DNA of 64,000 nt from Octopus sinensis. Lineage: Eukaryota. This document shows, one piece after another, positions 63,957-64,000 of this stretch. The stretch is from positions 36,952,001-37,016,000 of the forward strand of contig NC_043007.1 in assembly GCF_006345805.1 (NCBI RefSeq). The letters run 5' to 3'. Under the pieces are notes generated by a model, which did not search any database, had not been told where the DNA came from, and saw only the letters and a program-made list of their open reading frames with translations. Positions within the stretch are counted from its first letter, which is position 1, and every line of letters begins with the position of its first letter. The position numbers were made by a program, and so were the translations under genes.

Positions 63957-64000
63957 AATATAATTATATATATATATATATATAATATATATATATATAT

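Overview
AT-rich, extremely microsatellite-dense eukaryotic DNA (intergenic or intronic) made almost entirely of transposable elements. The repeat families look like those of Octopus (recognised from memory, not searched). No intact host gene, rRNA, functional tRNA or CRISPR array is supported. It contains several tRNA-headed SINE families (labelled SINE-A to SINE-E here), remnants of Dong/R4-type, Tx1/L1-type and RTE-type LINEs, hAT, maT, mariner and Tigger/pogo DNA transposon relics, MITEs, non-autonomous Helitrons and Penelope-like fragments with hammerhead ribozyme motifs. The main observations are: (1) a near-perfect 430-bp palindrome encoding a minimal hammerhead ribozyme on each strand, plus a separate hammerhead with an intact core; (2) SINE-B multimers that all join at one invariant nucleotide, a site also used by a SINE-A insertion; (3) SINE-B 3' tails homologous to the 3' end of the Tx1-like LINE in the same window; (4) an unexplained GC-rich 238-bp segment between perfect 18-bp inverted repeats. 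Coordinates were counted by hand, and SINE or relic ends may be off by a few bases.
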